Part shown: piece by piece, positions 21,556 through 31,290 of the stretch
How positions within the stretch are numbered: position 1 is the stretch's first letter
How the letters are laid out: each line of letters opens with the position of its first letter
NCBI GenBank assembly: GCA_963805855.1
Contig: CAWDVW010000007.1
Location: forward strand, 128,001-192,000
Length of the DNA stretch: 64,000 bases
Reading direction: 5' to 3'
DNA from: Candidatus Dadabacteria bacterium
GTDB lineage: Bacteria > Desulfobacterota_D > UBA1144 > Nemesobacterales > CSP1-2
Position numbers and translations under genes: made by a program
Notes under the pieces: model-generated
The model's database searches: none
What the model was told of the DNA's origin: nothing
What the model saw: the letters and a program-made list of their open reading frames with translations, nothing else

Positions 21556-21765
21556 TTAACTCTCTTCTGTCATTATCTTGGTTTGATTGTTCATAATTAC
21601 TATGTGCAGTTCAGCAGTTCGTCCATCATCAAACCTTACTTCATATGCTTTGCCGACCATCTTCTTAACCCCGGTTACTATTGTACCCTTCAAGCCCGGT
21701 TCAAATTCCTGGTTACCTGATTTAATCTTGAGTTTAACTTCAAATCTTGTGCCTGGTTGATACAT
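21556..21765 (-). CDS. Small hypothetical protein (possible SH3-like beta barrel)
   Basis: GAGGG RBS, 69 aa, PGLKGTIV..YEVRFDDG pattern. Confidence 0.55.
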   Translation of the reverse strand: MYQPGTRFEVKLKIKSGNQEFEPGLKGTIVTGVKKMVGKAYEVRFDDGRTAELHIVIMNNQTKIMTEES

Positions 21766-21859
21766 TTTTTTATCCCTCGTTAATCTCTAAATGAACCGTG
21801 ATAACGATACTTTTAAACTTAAGCAATTTCAAAGCTTTGTTTCGGCCTAAATTCGCCCC

Positions 21860-21900
21860 GATCACCCTGAGCAAAGTCGAAGGGTGCGTCCTGAGCCTAG
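21860..21900. repeat. REP-like unit GATCACCCTGAGCAAAGTCGAAGGGTG
   Basis: Inverse copy of the unit at 8761-8788 (GATCACCCTTCGACGAGCTCAGGGTGATC). Confidence 0.7.
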
Positions 21901-22077
21901 TCTACGCATGAGACCGGATCACATGCGTGCTAATCGAAGTCACTCAACATAGGTTGTAGTTCGCGAGTATCGTATCTTTCGAATCCGGTTTTCACCGATC
22001 GAGATCCTAAGAACTCTGTCTCGAAATTTATTGGGGTAAAATACATCAATTGAAAATTTGAAAATCTGGAGGGTCTG

Positions 22078-22503
22078 ATGATGACAATTCCGGTGTGGGT
22101 ACTTCTCGGTTTTGCGGGTTGGACACTTGTTGTATTGCTAGGCACCGTGGGTGTTTACAGATGGAGTAGGATTCTCACGGGTAGGGCTGCCATATATGAG
22201 TTTCGAGCAGGCGTACCGCATGAAAAGGACTGGTACCGTCGTGCTATGCGCGCGCATGCTAACTGTGTCGAGAATCTGCCGGTGTACGGGGCGATAGTGC
22301 TGGCTTTAGTAGTCTGTAATCTGAATAGCTTCACCCTTGATGTTTTGGCGTTAGCTTTTTTGGCATCACGGGTCGTACAGACGGTAACTCATATTGGTTT
22401 TGAGGAGACCTCTACCGCAGTAAGCTTACGTTTTACCTTTTTCATTATTCAGCTGATTTGCATGATTTGGATGGGCATCTATGTCGCAGTAAATGTACTA
22501 TAG
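22078..22503 (+). CDS. MAPEG family membrane protein
   Basis: RAMRAHANCVENLP motif and four hydrophobic helices. Confidence 0.88.
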   Translation: MMTIPVWVLLGFAGWTLVVLLGTVGVYRWSRILTGRAAIYEFRAGVPHEKDWYRRAMRAHANCVENLPVYGAIVLALVVCNLNSFTLDVLALAFLASRVVQTVTHIGFEETSTAVSLRFTFFIIQLICMIWMGIYVAVNVL

Positions 22504-22762
22504 AATTCTGATATTAATTTTATATGGAAACATCTTATTGAATTGAATTCTGGAAGAATTTCTTAATCGAAGGTTCCTATGAGTCCTTTGATTTTAGGGA
22601 TTTTTCAAATACAGATAAAATTCTATATGGGTTAGCTCATAACTGTCGTCTGAATCAATTTTCTCCGCAATTATGAGGGGAGGATAAAATTAATCAACAA
22701 AGCACATTTTATTGACCCCAAATTGATTTAATGTGCGGGTCTGAAAAATATTATAACTTAAA

Positions 22763-23197
22763 GTGGGTAATTCAAATTCAAAATCCAGGAATCTTAGGCG
22801 TTGGTCAAAATGGACGTTGTTCGCAGCGTTTCTTATAACGATACCGGTGCCATTTTTCATGATTGTTGTAGGTGGTATGATCCCAACAATTTGCATCATC
22901 TATCTCGCAGTCTACGGGCTAATTGTTGCTTTGCCTAAATTCACTTTAGAGGGGTTCTGGATGCTCGGCATTCTTTGGGCACATGTCATTATCATCGGTG
23001 GAATACTATATATCGTCGCAGCTAGCATCAATTGGCTCCTCTTTCGCCTTTTACCTTCGTGGGCTGCATTATTCGGTGTGTTGGTGGTGATAGTAGTACT
23101 TTTTGTAGCATCTACCTTTGAAATATATCGGTTGCTTGGACACAACAGTGCTCCACCCGCGAACCTACTGCGGGTAATAAAAGATTTCGCCTACTGA
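22763..23197 (+). CDS. Hypothetical integral membrane protein
   Basis: 144-aa ORF with about four TM segments; no family recognised. Confidence 0.55.
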   Translation: MGNSNSKSRNLRRWSKWTLFAAFLITIPVPFFMIVVGGMIPTICIIYLAVYGLIVALPKFTLEGFWMLGILWAHVIIIGGILYIVAASINWLLFRLLPSWAALFGVLVVIVVLFVASTFEIYRLLGHNSAPPANLLRVIKDFAY

Positions 23198-23324
23198 ATA
23201 AATGGCTAGGGTGCTATAATTATTTTTCGGTAATATACTCGCCACAATTTAGTACATACTGATCGAAATGGTCTCCATAAAATTAATAATTCGAATTTAG
23301 GATTGGGCTCCCAATTGTGAGGAT

Positions 23325-23762
23325 GTGATGAATTTGATTCAGAAAGAAATTTACCTATCTCCTAAATCAAGAGGCTTTCACATCATAACGGGTGAAATAG
23401 CACGACAGCTTCCTGAAATTTCTCAATTTTCTGTAGGATTAGCACATATATTTATATGCCATACCTCGGCGTCACTCACAATAAATGAAAATGCTTCGCC
23501 GGATGTCAGAAAAGACTTTGAAAGGCATTTTAACGAAATGGTTCCTGAGAATGCGTCCTACTACAGGCACACTCTTGAAGGAGCAGATGATATGCCTGCG
23601 CATATTAAGTCTTCAATACTCGGTAGCAGCGTCACTGTGCCGATAACCAATGGGAGAATGAACGTAGGGACCTGGCAGGGAATTTATCTGTGTGAGCATC
23701 GAATCAACGGGGGATCAAGGAGGCTGATCGTTACCGTTTTTGGTGAGGTGTTTAACCAGTGA
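23325..23762 (+). CDS. yjbQ: YjbQ family (UPF0047, secondary thiamine-phosphate synthase-like)
   Basis: HTSASLTINENASPDV, EGADDMPAHIKSS, GTWQGIYLCEHR. Confidence 0.92.
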   Translation: MMNLIQKEIYLSPKSRGFHIITGEIARQLPEISQFSVGLAHIFICHTSASLTINENASPDVRKDFERHFNEMVPENASYYRHTLEGADDMPAHIKSSILGSSVTVPITNGRMNVGTWQGIYLCEHRINGGSRRLIVTVFGEVFNQ

Positions 23763-24127
23763 ACGATGGATATGCAGGATATTTAAAGAGCTATGCGGAA
23801 CTCAGGCGCTCTGTCATCCTCCCGGCCCTGGAGAAGATAAGGGGCGAATTAGAACAAGATGGTTGGTATTGCTTCATAGCCGACTTAAACCCCTTTGATA
23901 AGATCGAAGGTATTACCCCGCGAATACCTGATAGATATGGCTTTACTTCACTGTCAATAATGGATATCGAGAACGGGATAGTCCAATATGTTTTTGTGTT
24001 TTTAGAAAACCACAGGGTAAGGCTTACGTCCGACGTATTTGAAGAAGATAAAGGTGTTTTCTTAGATTTAACCGAGGTCTCCCTTAATTCGGTCGAAGAG
24101 ACAGTAAAAATGATAATAAATCGTTAA
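23759..24127 (+). CDS. Hypothetical protein
   Basis: Start overlaps the yjbQ stop (GTGA) with GAGG upstream; 122 aa. Confidence 0.55.
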   Translation: MNDGYAGYLKSYAELRRSVILPALEKIRGELEQDGWYCFIADLNPFDKIEGITPRIPDRYGFTSLSIMDIENGIVQYVFVFLENHRVRLTSDVFEEDKGVFLDLTEVSLNSVEETVKMIINR

Positions 24128-24332
24128 TGGACTTCACTGAATCTTTTTTCGAAATGACCGAAAGTTTTTACTTTTCGACGGCACGAATAATCAAGATCTT
24201 GCACCTATCCAGATCAAACTGAGCGTGTCGAAGTGTCTCCGCTGAGCCCGTCGAGGTATGAAAAATCATAAGCTATCTTATCCTTCGACGCGTCTGTACT
24301 GAGGAATTATGTTAAAAAGGGGTTAGGTACAG

Positions 24333-24380
24333 ACGGTTCCCTTCTTATAATTAAAAGGAAAAAAATAAGGAGGGAACCGT
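24333..24380 (+). promoter_or_regulatory. Hairpin sequestering the transposase RBS
   Basis: ACGGTTCCCTTCTTAT (24333-24348) pairs with ATAAGGAGGGAACCGT (24365-24380), which ends just before ATG 24382. Confidence 0.7.
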
Positions 24381-24381
24381 A

Positions 24382-25446
24382 ATGAATAGACAAAGTATAG
24401 ATTACACAAATCAAGATTTTTTTCTAGGCATAGATGTGCATAAGAAGAGCTGGAAAGTAACGGTGAGGACTAACGGCATGGAGTTAAAGACTTTCTCCAT
24501 GGATCCATCACCGGAGCAACTGTACGGATATATGCACAAGCGTTATCCGGGAGGAAACTATCACAGTGTGTATGAAGCAGGATTCTGTGGGTACTGGATT
24601 GATCGGGAGTTAAAGAGGTACGGGTTTAACAATATAGTAATCAATCCGGCAGATGTGCCTAGTACCCAGAAGGAGAAATCGACAAAGACCGACAAGGTGG
24701 ATAGCCGTAAGCTGGCACGAGAGCTAGAGAATGGGTCATTGAGAGGGATATATGTACCGGATGAATTTCACCAACAATTGCGATCATTGTGCAGGCTGAG
24801 ATTTAAGGTGGTACAGTCGCAAACTCGGCTTAAGAATCGGATCAAGGGGTATTTAGCATTCTATGGTTATGTCATACCGCGCCATGATGAGATTGGTCAC
24901 TGGTCTGGGGGATTTATAAGGTGGTTAAAGACATTAGAGTTTTCATACGGGATGGGTAGGGATTATCTTAGGCTATGTCTCGAGGAGCTAGAAAGTCATC
25001 GAAGGCGTTTAGCAGAGGTAGTGAAGTTGGTGCGGAAGTATTATCGGGAATACGGGTTTGGGGAAGAGGTAAAGAATCTGCGTAGTGTGCCAGGGGTTGG
25101 TTTTGTAACAGCGATGACATTATATGGGGAACTGATGGATATGAGTCGGTTCAGGAGTATAGACGATCTTGCTAGTTATGCGGGGTTAGTGCCATCGGTA
25201 AGTAGTTCTGGGGAGAGGGAGAGCACTCTGGGGCTCAGCTTTCGGCGTAACCGGTATTTACGGTACTTACTGATAGAGGCAGCGTGGGTAGCGATACGAG
25301 AAGATCCGGCTTTGGGGCATGTGTTTAGTCAATTGATCAGGCGGATGACCAAGCAGAAAGCGATAGTTCGGATCGCCAAGAAGTTATTGAACAGGATAAG
25401 ATACGTGTGGAAGAATAAGGAGAGTTATGCTTATGGATTGATTTGA
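24382..25446 (+). CDS. IS110 family transposase/recombinase (DEDD RuvC-like + Tnp20 domain)
   Basis: LGIDVHK, YEAG, KTDKVDS, SVPGVG, GLVPSVSSSGE and LLIEAAW motifs. Confidence 0.95.
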   Translation: MNRQSIDYTNQDFFLGIDVHKKSWKVTVRTNGMELKTFSMDPSPEQLYGYMHKRYPGGNYHSVYEAGFCGYWIDRELKRYGFNNIVINPADVPSTQKEKSTKTDKVDSRKLARELENGSLRGIYVPDEFHQQLRSLCRLRFKVVQSQTRLKNRIKGYLAFYGYVIPRHDEIGHWSGGFIRWLKTLEFSYGMGRDYLRLCLEELESHRRRLAEVVKLVRKYYREYGFGEEVKNLRSVPGVGFVTAMTLYGELMDMSRFRSIDDLASYAGLVPSVSSSGERESTLGLSFRRNRYLRYLLIEAAWVAIREDPALGHVFSQLIRRMTKQKAIVRIAKKLLNRIRYVWKNKESYAYGLI

Positions 25447-25724
25447 TAAGTAATAGGGACTGGATCTATGAAATCTCAAACAATAAAGTGTGGACCGCTA
25501 TCGACTGGCTGCAAAGAAAATGTTTTACTGAGAGTGCGGCCACAGGTTTGAGTGGTTTAATGAATTTAATGCAGCACTGCAAAGAGGCAGCTGACTGTTT
25601 ATAACAGATTGATTCAAGATAGGATTTATTTACACATGAGATACATTACATAAAAAAGCACGAAGGGATTCGTTTGTTCAAAGTTAAAGTTTTCCCTAAC
25701 ATAACCCTTGACTTTTTACATAAC
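25447..25724 (+). ncRNA. Putative bridge/seek guide RNA of the IS110 element
   Basis: Two modules CTGCAAAGA..TGTTT-[7 nt]-A with 7-mers TACTGAG (25526-25532, equals target flank plus core) and ATAACAG (25601-25607, equals element right end plus core). RNA ends not determined. Confidence 0.7.
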
Positions 25725-25842
25725 AGCCTGTCGAACTGCCTGTGATGAGTGAAATCAAACGCCTAGGACGCACGGTCTACGATAAAATCATGATATTTAA
25801 GTAGTGAAAATGCGTAAAAGACGTAAACGTCACGTATGCAGG

Positions 25843-26019
25843 TTATTCGTCCTCTATGTGGGCCTTTACCATTTCCAATAATTCAGGTGTCGGTTCCATA
25901 CCGTGGTCCTTTGCGTGGACTTTGGCCTGTTCCAGCACTTCTTCCTCGGTCTCTCCGCGGATAACGTGATTACATTCCGAACTCGGGTTTACCTTATTGC
26001 ATTGTATTATTTTGCCCAT
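25843..26019 (-). CDS. DUF1059 family small metal-binding protein
   Basis: GGAGG RBS; C..V.P..C.HVIRGETEEEVL..AKVHAKDHG pattern. Confidence 0.8.
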   Translation of the reverse strand: MGKIIQCNKVNPSSECNHVIRGETEEEVLEQAKVHAKDHGMEPTPELLEMVKAHIEDE

Positions 26020-26105
26020 TGTAAAAACCTCCAAAAGTTTTGTTTAGCTAACGGTACAATTCAGGCAACAATTGTAACACTAAATCCGAATATCTCAAAC
26101 AACCC

Positions 26106-27131
26106 TTATTTGTATGCAATTGCTGCACTGGCAGGTCCACCGAGCGGGAGTATCTCAGTTTTTTTGAACCCTGTTTCTTTACACCATTCTGCGAAGTCCG
26201 CGCCCGTAAAGTCAAAAGCATCGCCAAACTCTATTAACATGTTCAGCGACATCATGAGCCCGAAAACATTCTCACGCCTTGCGTCGTCAATGATATTCTC
26301 TATTGCGACGAGCGCACCCCCTTCGGGAAGAGCGTCATAAGCTGCTTTAATGAGTAACTTTTTGTTTTCGAGATTCCAGTCATGAAGTATCATGCCCATA
26401 GTAATTACATCGGCCTTCGGTAAGGGGACTTTGAAGAAATCGCCCGGTGCGGTTGAGATACGATCGGAAACCCCTGACTCCTCGATTGTCTTTTTAGCTA
26501 TCGGCTCGACACCTGGTAAATCCTAACTGACACATCTCATGTTCGGATGCACTTTTGCCACAAGAATTGATAATAGTCCCACTGCCCCACCAATGTCACA
26601 GAGTGTTTGGTATCGTGAGAAATCGAATTTCCCGCCAAACGACTCGAAGTTTCTTTTGGATAAGCCGGTCATTGCCTTCATGAACTCCTCGAGTTTATGT
26701 GGATCCTGGTACAGGACCTCAAAAATATTCTTTTCGTTATATTTGATTTCATTTTGAGGTTGCCCCGTCCTCAATGCTTCAGTCAGATCCCCCCAGTACC
26801 GATAGAGGCGAGTACCTGCCATCTCAAGGATCCCGCCTATGTAATCCGGGCTTTTTTTATCTAAAAACATTGAGGTTTGTGCGGTATTTAGATATTTCGC
26901 CTCATTGCCATTTCCTTCCCGTTCTAAGAACCCCATCGCGACCAGCCCATCAAGGAAGTCCCAAATCCCTCTGGGATGAAGACCTAGCAACTTCCCTATC
27001 TCTTTACCAGTCTTTGATCCCTTACCCAATACGGTAAACAGTTATAATTCTACTGCGCTAAGTAGGGTTCTGGCAGGCCAGAATCCCAAATCGACCTGTA
27101 GAATTTTCGAGTAATCTAATTTAGTCGACAT
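26106..27131 (-). pseudogene. O-methyltransferase (Methyltransf_2 family with dimerisation domain) with two in-frame stops
   Basis: AGGAG RBS and ATG 27131; MSTKLDYSKILQVDLGFWPARTLLSAVEL* (TAA 27042-27044); DIGGAVG; CVS* (TAG 26523-26525) DLPGVEPIA..GDFF..ILHDW, all in one frame. Confidence 0.85.
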
Positions 27132-27154
27132 AGGTTTCTCCTTTTTTTTAAATT

Positions 27155-28654
27155 CTATTGTGTTTGTATCGTTAACGAACAAGCGGAAGAGTTAAGCTGA
27201 TCCTTGAGTATCAGACCAGTCTGATCTTTCAGTTCAATATCTAAAGAGTCGCTGTCAGCCTCTACTAATGCGTAGCCGAAGGCATTGCCTTGCAAGCACC
27301 TTGGCTGGGTCAGCGAAACTAATGCACTTAATAAGTTGGACGCAGTGTCCTCCGAACCTACTTCTTCTGCTAATCTCGCGAAGAACGTCTCTTGTGCTAT
27401 TGGTCCAGCGATAATCTCTTTTACTATTGGCATCAGTGAAGTAAGTGAGTTTAATCTGACGTCACCTATGAAATTTACATGTAAATCCCCGGTAAGAAAC
27501 ACCACATTTTTAATGTCGTTTTCAGAAATAAAACTTAGAATATCCTCCCGCTCAGCGGGATAGCCCTCCCAACGATCATAGGGAAGGGCAAAAAACTCGC
27601 TCATCGGTACCTCATTAATAATCAGCTTCCATAATGCATTTGATTCTAGAAGTGATTTTTTTAAGGCTTGTTTTTGAATGCTACCCAAGATAGTCCTGTT
27701 TGGCTCATTTATTGCCTCCGTACAGCCTGGGGGAATTTCTTGAGTTATGCCAAATAGATTTCGAATCTCGCTGGGCACCGTTGGAAGCAGATCAGCTTCG
27801 CATGGTTCGACGGCCTCGGCACTACGGCAAGAACGTTCGTCAATAATTATAAGATCTAAAGTTTTTCCCCAGTGAAATACTCGGAAAAGCGGGTTGCCTA
27901 AACAGTCAGGATCATCTGGAAAACTCGATTCCCTGATTGGCATATATTCCATGAATGCCTTCCGGCCATTCTCATATAATATCGGGTCTACTGTCTCGCT
28001 GTCGTAATCATTCTCAACTTCGTGGTCGTCCCAGATTGCGTAGGTGGACGTATCCATAAGGAGATTGCGAAGTGCTTGAAAATCCCGGTTTTGCTTATAC
28101 TTGTCACGCATCTGTTCCAAGCTTTCGGCTTTAGGCCCAAAAGTGTCATTGTAGATGGTGTCGCCCAGATAAACCCAAAAATCTAATTGATCCTCACGGG
28201 CTCTATCAAATACTTCAAAGTTATTAAAGGGGGGTGTCCTGGATCCATCGGAGTCGCTTGAGTAGGCAAATCGTACTACTGGTTCCTGTTCGTTGCCTGG
28301 TGCTGTATGGAATTTCCCGACCTCACTTACTTCCTCGCCAGCTTTGAACCGGTAGCAGTAGGCATTATTCGGCTCGAGATCATTAACCTCTAGCTTCACT
28401 GTAAAATCATTCTCAGCCAGACCATCCGCATGAGCAATCTTATCGATTCGTTCGAAGCTACAATCGGTTGTAATCTCAGCCACGACTTCGCCCTGTTGGT
28501 TGATGCGTGTCCATAATATGACTCCTTTTTCGGAGACTTCACCACTGGCAATTCCGTGAGTGAAGATAGCCTGGTTTTCAGATCCATTACTTGAACAGGA
28601 GATGGCAAGGGTAAGAAGAATTAGTCGAAAAAACCAAGGCAGGTTTTCTTTCAT
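27155..28654 (-). CDS. phoD: Alkaline phosphatase D family lipoprotein
   Basis: LAISC lipobox, FTHGIASG..ILWTR, YLGDTIY, WDDHEV, DRWEGY, LTGDLH. Confidence 0.88.
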   Translation of the reverse strand: MKENLPWFFRLILLTLAISCSSNGSENQAIFTHGIASGEVSEKGVILWTRINQQGEVVAEITTDCSFERIDKIAHADGLAENDFTVKLEVNDLEPNNAYCYRFKAGEEVSEVGKFHTAPGNEQEPVVRFAYSSDSDGSRTPPFNNFEVFDRAREDQLDFWVYLGDTIYNDTFGPKAESLEQMRDKYKQNRDFQALRNLLMDTSTYAIWDDHEVENDYDSETVDPILYENGRKAFMEYMPIRESSFPDDPDCLGNPLFRVFHWGKTLDLIIIDERSCRSAEAVEPCEADLLPTVPSEIRNLFGITQEIPPGCTEAINEPNRTILGSIQKQALKKSLLESNALWKLIINEVPMSEFFALPYDRWEGYPAEREDILSFISENDIKNVVFLTGDLHVNFIGDVRLNSLTSLMPIVKEIIAGPIAQETFFARLAEEVGSEDTASNLLSALVSLTQPRCLQGNAFGYALVEADSDSLDIELKDQTGLILKDQLNSSACSLTIQTQ

Positions 28655-28771
28655 TTGTCTCTTTTTTTTCAGAGCGATATAGAACTAACGGATTATTCTT
28701 TCATTATTATAACACCTTGTCTATGTTGTTTCTCAAGAATCTTCAATAAGTTCGTTGATCAAACGTCTAAA

Positions 28772-29301
28772 TTGACGCATCGCGAGATAAACCGGGCATC
28801 CGAAACTGATTTAATGAATCAGATAGTGAGTAAAGGCAAATCCGCTTTTGGTAGGCTATGCGATCCCGATTCTCTAGTAGTGTTTAATTTAGCTATGAGG
28901 ATTATTAAGCATAGAGGTGAGGCCAAGGAGCTGGCTCAAGAGGTATTTATTCAGATTTGGAAAAGCGCTTATACGTATGATTCGAAGCGCGGGGCGATAG
29001 CGACATTGATTATTAATCGTGCTCTTAATCTGGGTATCGATTAGTCGCGCAAAAAAAGATCTGGATAACTATGTCAGATATAGAGGACTAGCAGATAAGC
29101 TCTAATTGCGATTCTTTAGGTATATTAGACGAGAAGGAGCAGACAATGGTTATTGTAGAAGCTATGGAAGGGCTGCCTATAGAATAGAGCACGGCCATTG
29201 ACATGGTTTATTAATCGCGTTTGACCCATGCAGGAGTAGTAGCACCGCTGAACGAACCAATTGGGACTGTAAAGACGAGGATTAAATTAGGGATTGCTTA
29301 G
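28772..29301 (+). pseudogene. Decayed ECF sigma factor (SigK/RpoE-like)
   Basis: Region 2 AKELAQEVFIQIWKSAYTYDSKRG; stops at 29042, 29185 and 29212; region 4 EPIGTVKTRIKLG. Confidence 0.75.
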
Positions 29302-29338
29302 GGATGAAATTCCTCACAAAGACGCAATGGGAGAAAGC

Positions 29339-29409
29339 CTGGATTCCCGGTTACAATCCGCAAATGACATCTAGCTTGTCATCCCCGAGGAATCTTGTCG
29401 GGGATCCAG
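29339..29409. repeat. REP pair GGATTCCCG..AATGACA / TGTCATCCCCGA..TCGGGGATCCAG
   Basis: Same family as 8874-8947, 39541-39571 and 54506-54537. Confidence 0.7.
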
Positions 29410-29540
29410 CCCTATGTCCAGGGATTATCTATTAACGCTATTCAAATGACGAGAATTAAGTAATGTGTTTATAAATGACAGAAAAAGCTTGTCATTATTA
29501 AACAACATGGATAAAGATCTATTTAGTATGAGTTAGATCC

Positions 29541-30062
29541 TTAACGAGTAAGCTTTTCAATGATTTTCTTATGCTGGGGAAATAGCTCAATTAGTTGCGC
29601 TCTACTAAGTAACTCAAAATCTTCGAAATCAAATCCTGGAGCCACTGTGGTTCCCACTAGAGAATAAGAATTTGAATCATCAACGTACGCTCCGAAAATC
29701 CAACCCGCTTTTACCGTTGCCTGTGGCACTTCACCAGTTTTCATATTTCTACCAAGCTTTATTTCGCAGTAATTTCCAGAATTATCAATGACATGAATCG
29801 TTAGGGACGAGCCATCGTAAAAGTGAAATAATTCGTCCTGCTTGATGCGGTGGAATGCCGAGAAATCATCGCCTTTCAATAAGAAGTATATTGCAGTGGA
29901 GAAGCTGCGGCTACCATTAAAGCGTTTAGGTAAGTGTTCCTTATCTATTGTTTCCTCGGACCGGTAGGTTTGTCTAAAGTATCCGCCCTCTGGATGCTTT
30001 TCGAGTCTTAGTAATTCAATCCACCTTTCAGCTTCATCCAATGAAGGGTTCTTTTCGATCAT
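29541..30062 (-). CDS. Cupin superfamily protein (DUF985/Cupin_5)
   Basis: LEKHPEGGYFRQTY, TAIYFLL, FHRIKQDE, VAPGFDFEDF. Confidence 0.92.
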   Translation of the reverse strand: MIEKNPSLDEAERWIELLRLEKHPEGGYFRQTYRSEETIDKEHLPKRFNGSRSFSTAIYFLLKGDDFSAFHRIKQDELFHFYDGSSLTIHVIDNSGNYCEIKLGRNMKTGEVPQATVKAGWIFGAYVDDSNSYSLVGTTVAPGFDFEDFELLSRAQLIELFPQHKKIIEKLTR

Positions 30063-30205
30063 AATATCATGCTGCCCATTCTGATTATATGGTTTTTCAC
30101 CGATTGATCAAACGAAGTAAATACAATATCTCCTCCAAATATGTTTTAGTCTGGTGGATGAGGGTTGGTAAAGATGATGCAGGGTCGTCATTGCCTTCAT
30201 ACCCA

Positions 30206-31243
30206 CTAAACCGAAAGCTCTTTACTTTCATATTGGAGAAGATTCTGTTTTATATCCTTGACTATCTCTTGCTTTAGCTCTGGCGGATGCAAAACCATCA
30301 CATTTGATCCGAATCCCCTTATCCAGCCGATTAGGATAAGATTGATTTCATTTTCAAAGTTTAAAATTACGCTTCCATCTTTAAGCAATTCTTCCTTCTG
30401 GTTGGGATACCATTCTCTTTCTAATATGTAGTCTTTGATTTCCGGCGAGAATTTTAGCTTAATTTTATGTTTCTCACCCTCGAAATTAAACAGGCTGCTC
30501 CTAAAAAAATTATTTACATCGAAATCTGACGGGTATTCAAAGAATTCATCAAGGATATGAACATCCTTTATCCTGTGCAGCGCCATCGTGATGATTTTAT
30601 TCTCATTGTTTGTTATGTTTTTGCATAGGATATACATTGCATCCCTATAATTAAAGAAATGAAGGGGAATAATTTTATAACCTTTTTCGATGTCGCCTTT
30701 TCCATAGTAAAATTCACATGCCTGATTGTTGATGGCTGCTTCGATAATCTTTTCAATCGATTTCAGCTGATCCTTTTCGCTATAGACCTTTCCCCCAAGT
30801 TCGCGTGGCAGTATGAAAAGGCTTGAAATCCTTTTGAAGAAATCATTTCCCGTTCGCTTCTGAGCCTCTTCAGCCGAAATATCTATCTTGTTGAATACCT
30901 CACCCAGGTGCTGATGCATAAATGGTATATCTTTGAAATGCGCAAAGCCACGGATAAAGTAAAGGGATAGGACTTCGTAGGGGCTGAGCAGCAGGGGTCT
31001 GAATTTGGTCGCGTGCTTTTCTATTCTGTATCTGTATTTTTTGTCATCTCCCCTCTGTTTGATTACGTCGATGTCAAAGATATTGCCCTCCATCGCTTTT
31101 AAATCACGCCTCACGGTTTTTTCGCTTTTCATCACGGCCGCCGCAATCTCCTCGACGGTTGCACCCGTCCTGTGATTTGAAAGGCATTCGATGAGGTAAT
31201 AAAAACGGTCATATTTGCCTATGGGCTCAGGAATCTCTATCAA
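30206..31243 (-). CDS. WYL-domain transcriptional regulator (wHTH-WYL-WCX)
   Basis: HTH TVEEIA..SEKTVRRDL; WYL region PLHFFNYRDAMYIL..MALHRI; WCX region EREWYPNQ..WIRGFGSNVMVLHPPELK; GAGGAG RBS. Confidence 0.9.
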   Translation of the reverse strand: MIEIPEPIGKYDRFYYLIECLSNHRTGATVEEIAAAVMKSEKTVRRDLKAMEGNIFDIDVIKQRGDDKKYRYRIEKHATKFRPLLLSPYEVLSLYFIRGFAHFKDIPFMHQHLGEVFNKIDISAEEAQKRTGNDFFKRISSLFILPRELGGKVYSEKDQLKSIEKIIEAAINNQACEFYYGKGDIEKGYKIIPLHFFNYRDAMYILCKNITNNENKIITMALHRIKDVHILDEFFEYPSDFDVNNFFRSSLFNFEGEKHKIKLKFSPEIKDYILEREWYPNQKEELLKDGSVILNFENEINLILIGWIRGFGSNVMVLHPPELKQEIVKDIKQNLLQYESKELSV

Positions 31244-31290
31244 TTAGGTCAACTCCTCATTCTTTTATGTTTTAGAAAATTATACTCAAT

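Larger units (their letters stand above)
24304..25726 (+). mobile_element. IS110-family (IS1111-like) insertion sequence
   Basis: Transposase plus sub-terminal imperfect IRs (TTATGTTAAAAAG 24307-24319; CTTTTTACATAA 25712-25723). AG core at both junctions (24302-24303, 25725-25726) and no long TSD. Removing the element restores the REP-like site TGTACTGAGCCTGTCGAA. Confidence 0.85.

Noticed and set aside
26523-26525. Pyrrolysine or amber read-through in the methyltransferase
   Set aside because: A second in-frame TAA exists, TAG ends ordinary genes in this window, and no pyl genes are visible.
28655-29044. 129-aa ORF as an intact gene
   Set aside because: It is the 5' part of the decayed ECF sigma factor with a non-homologous upstream extension.
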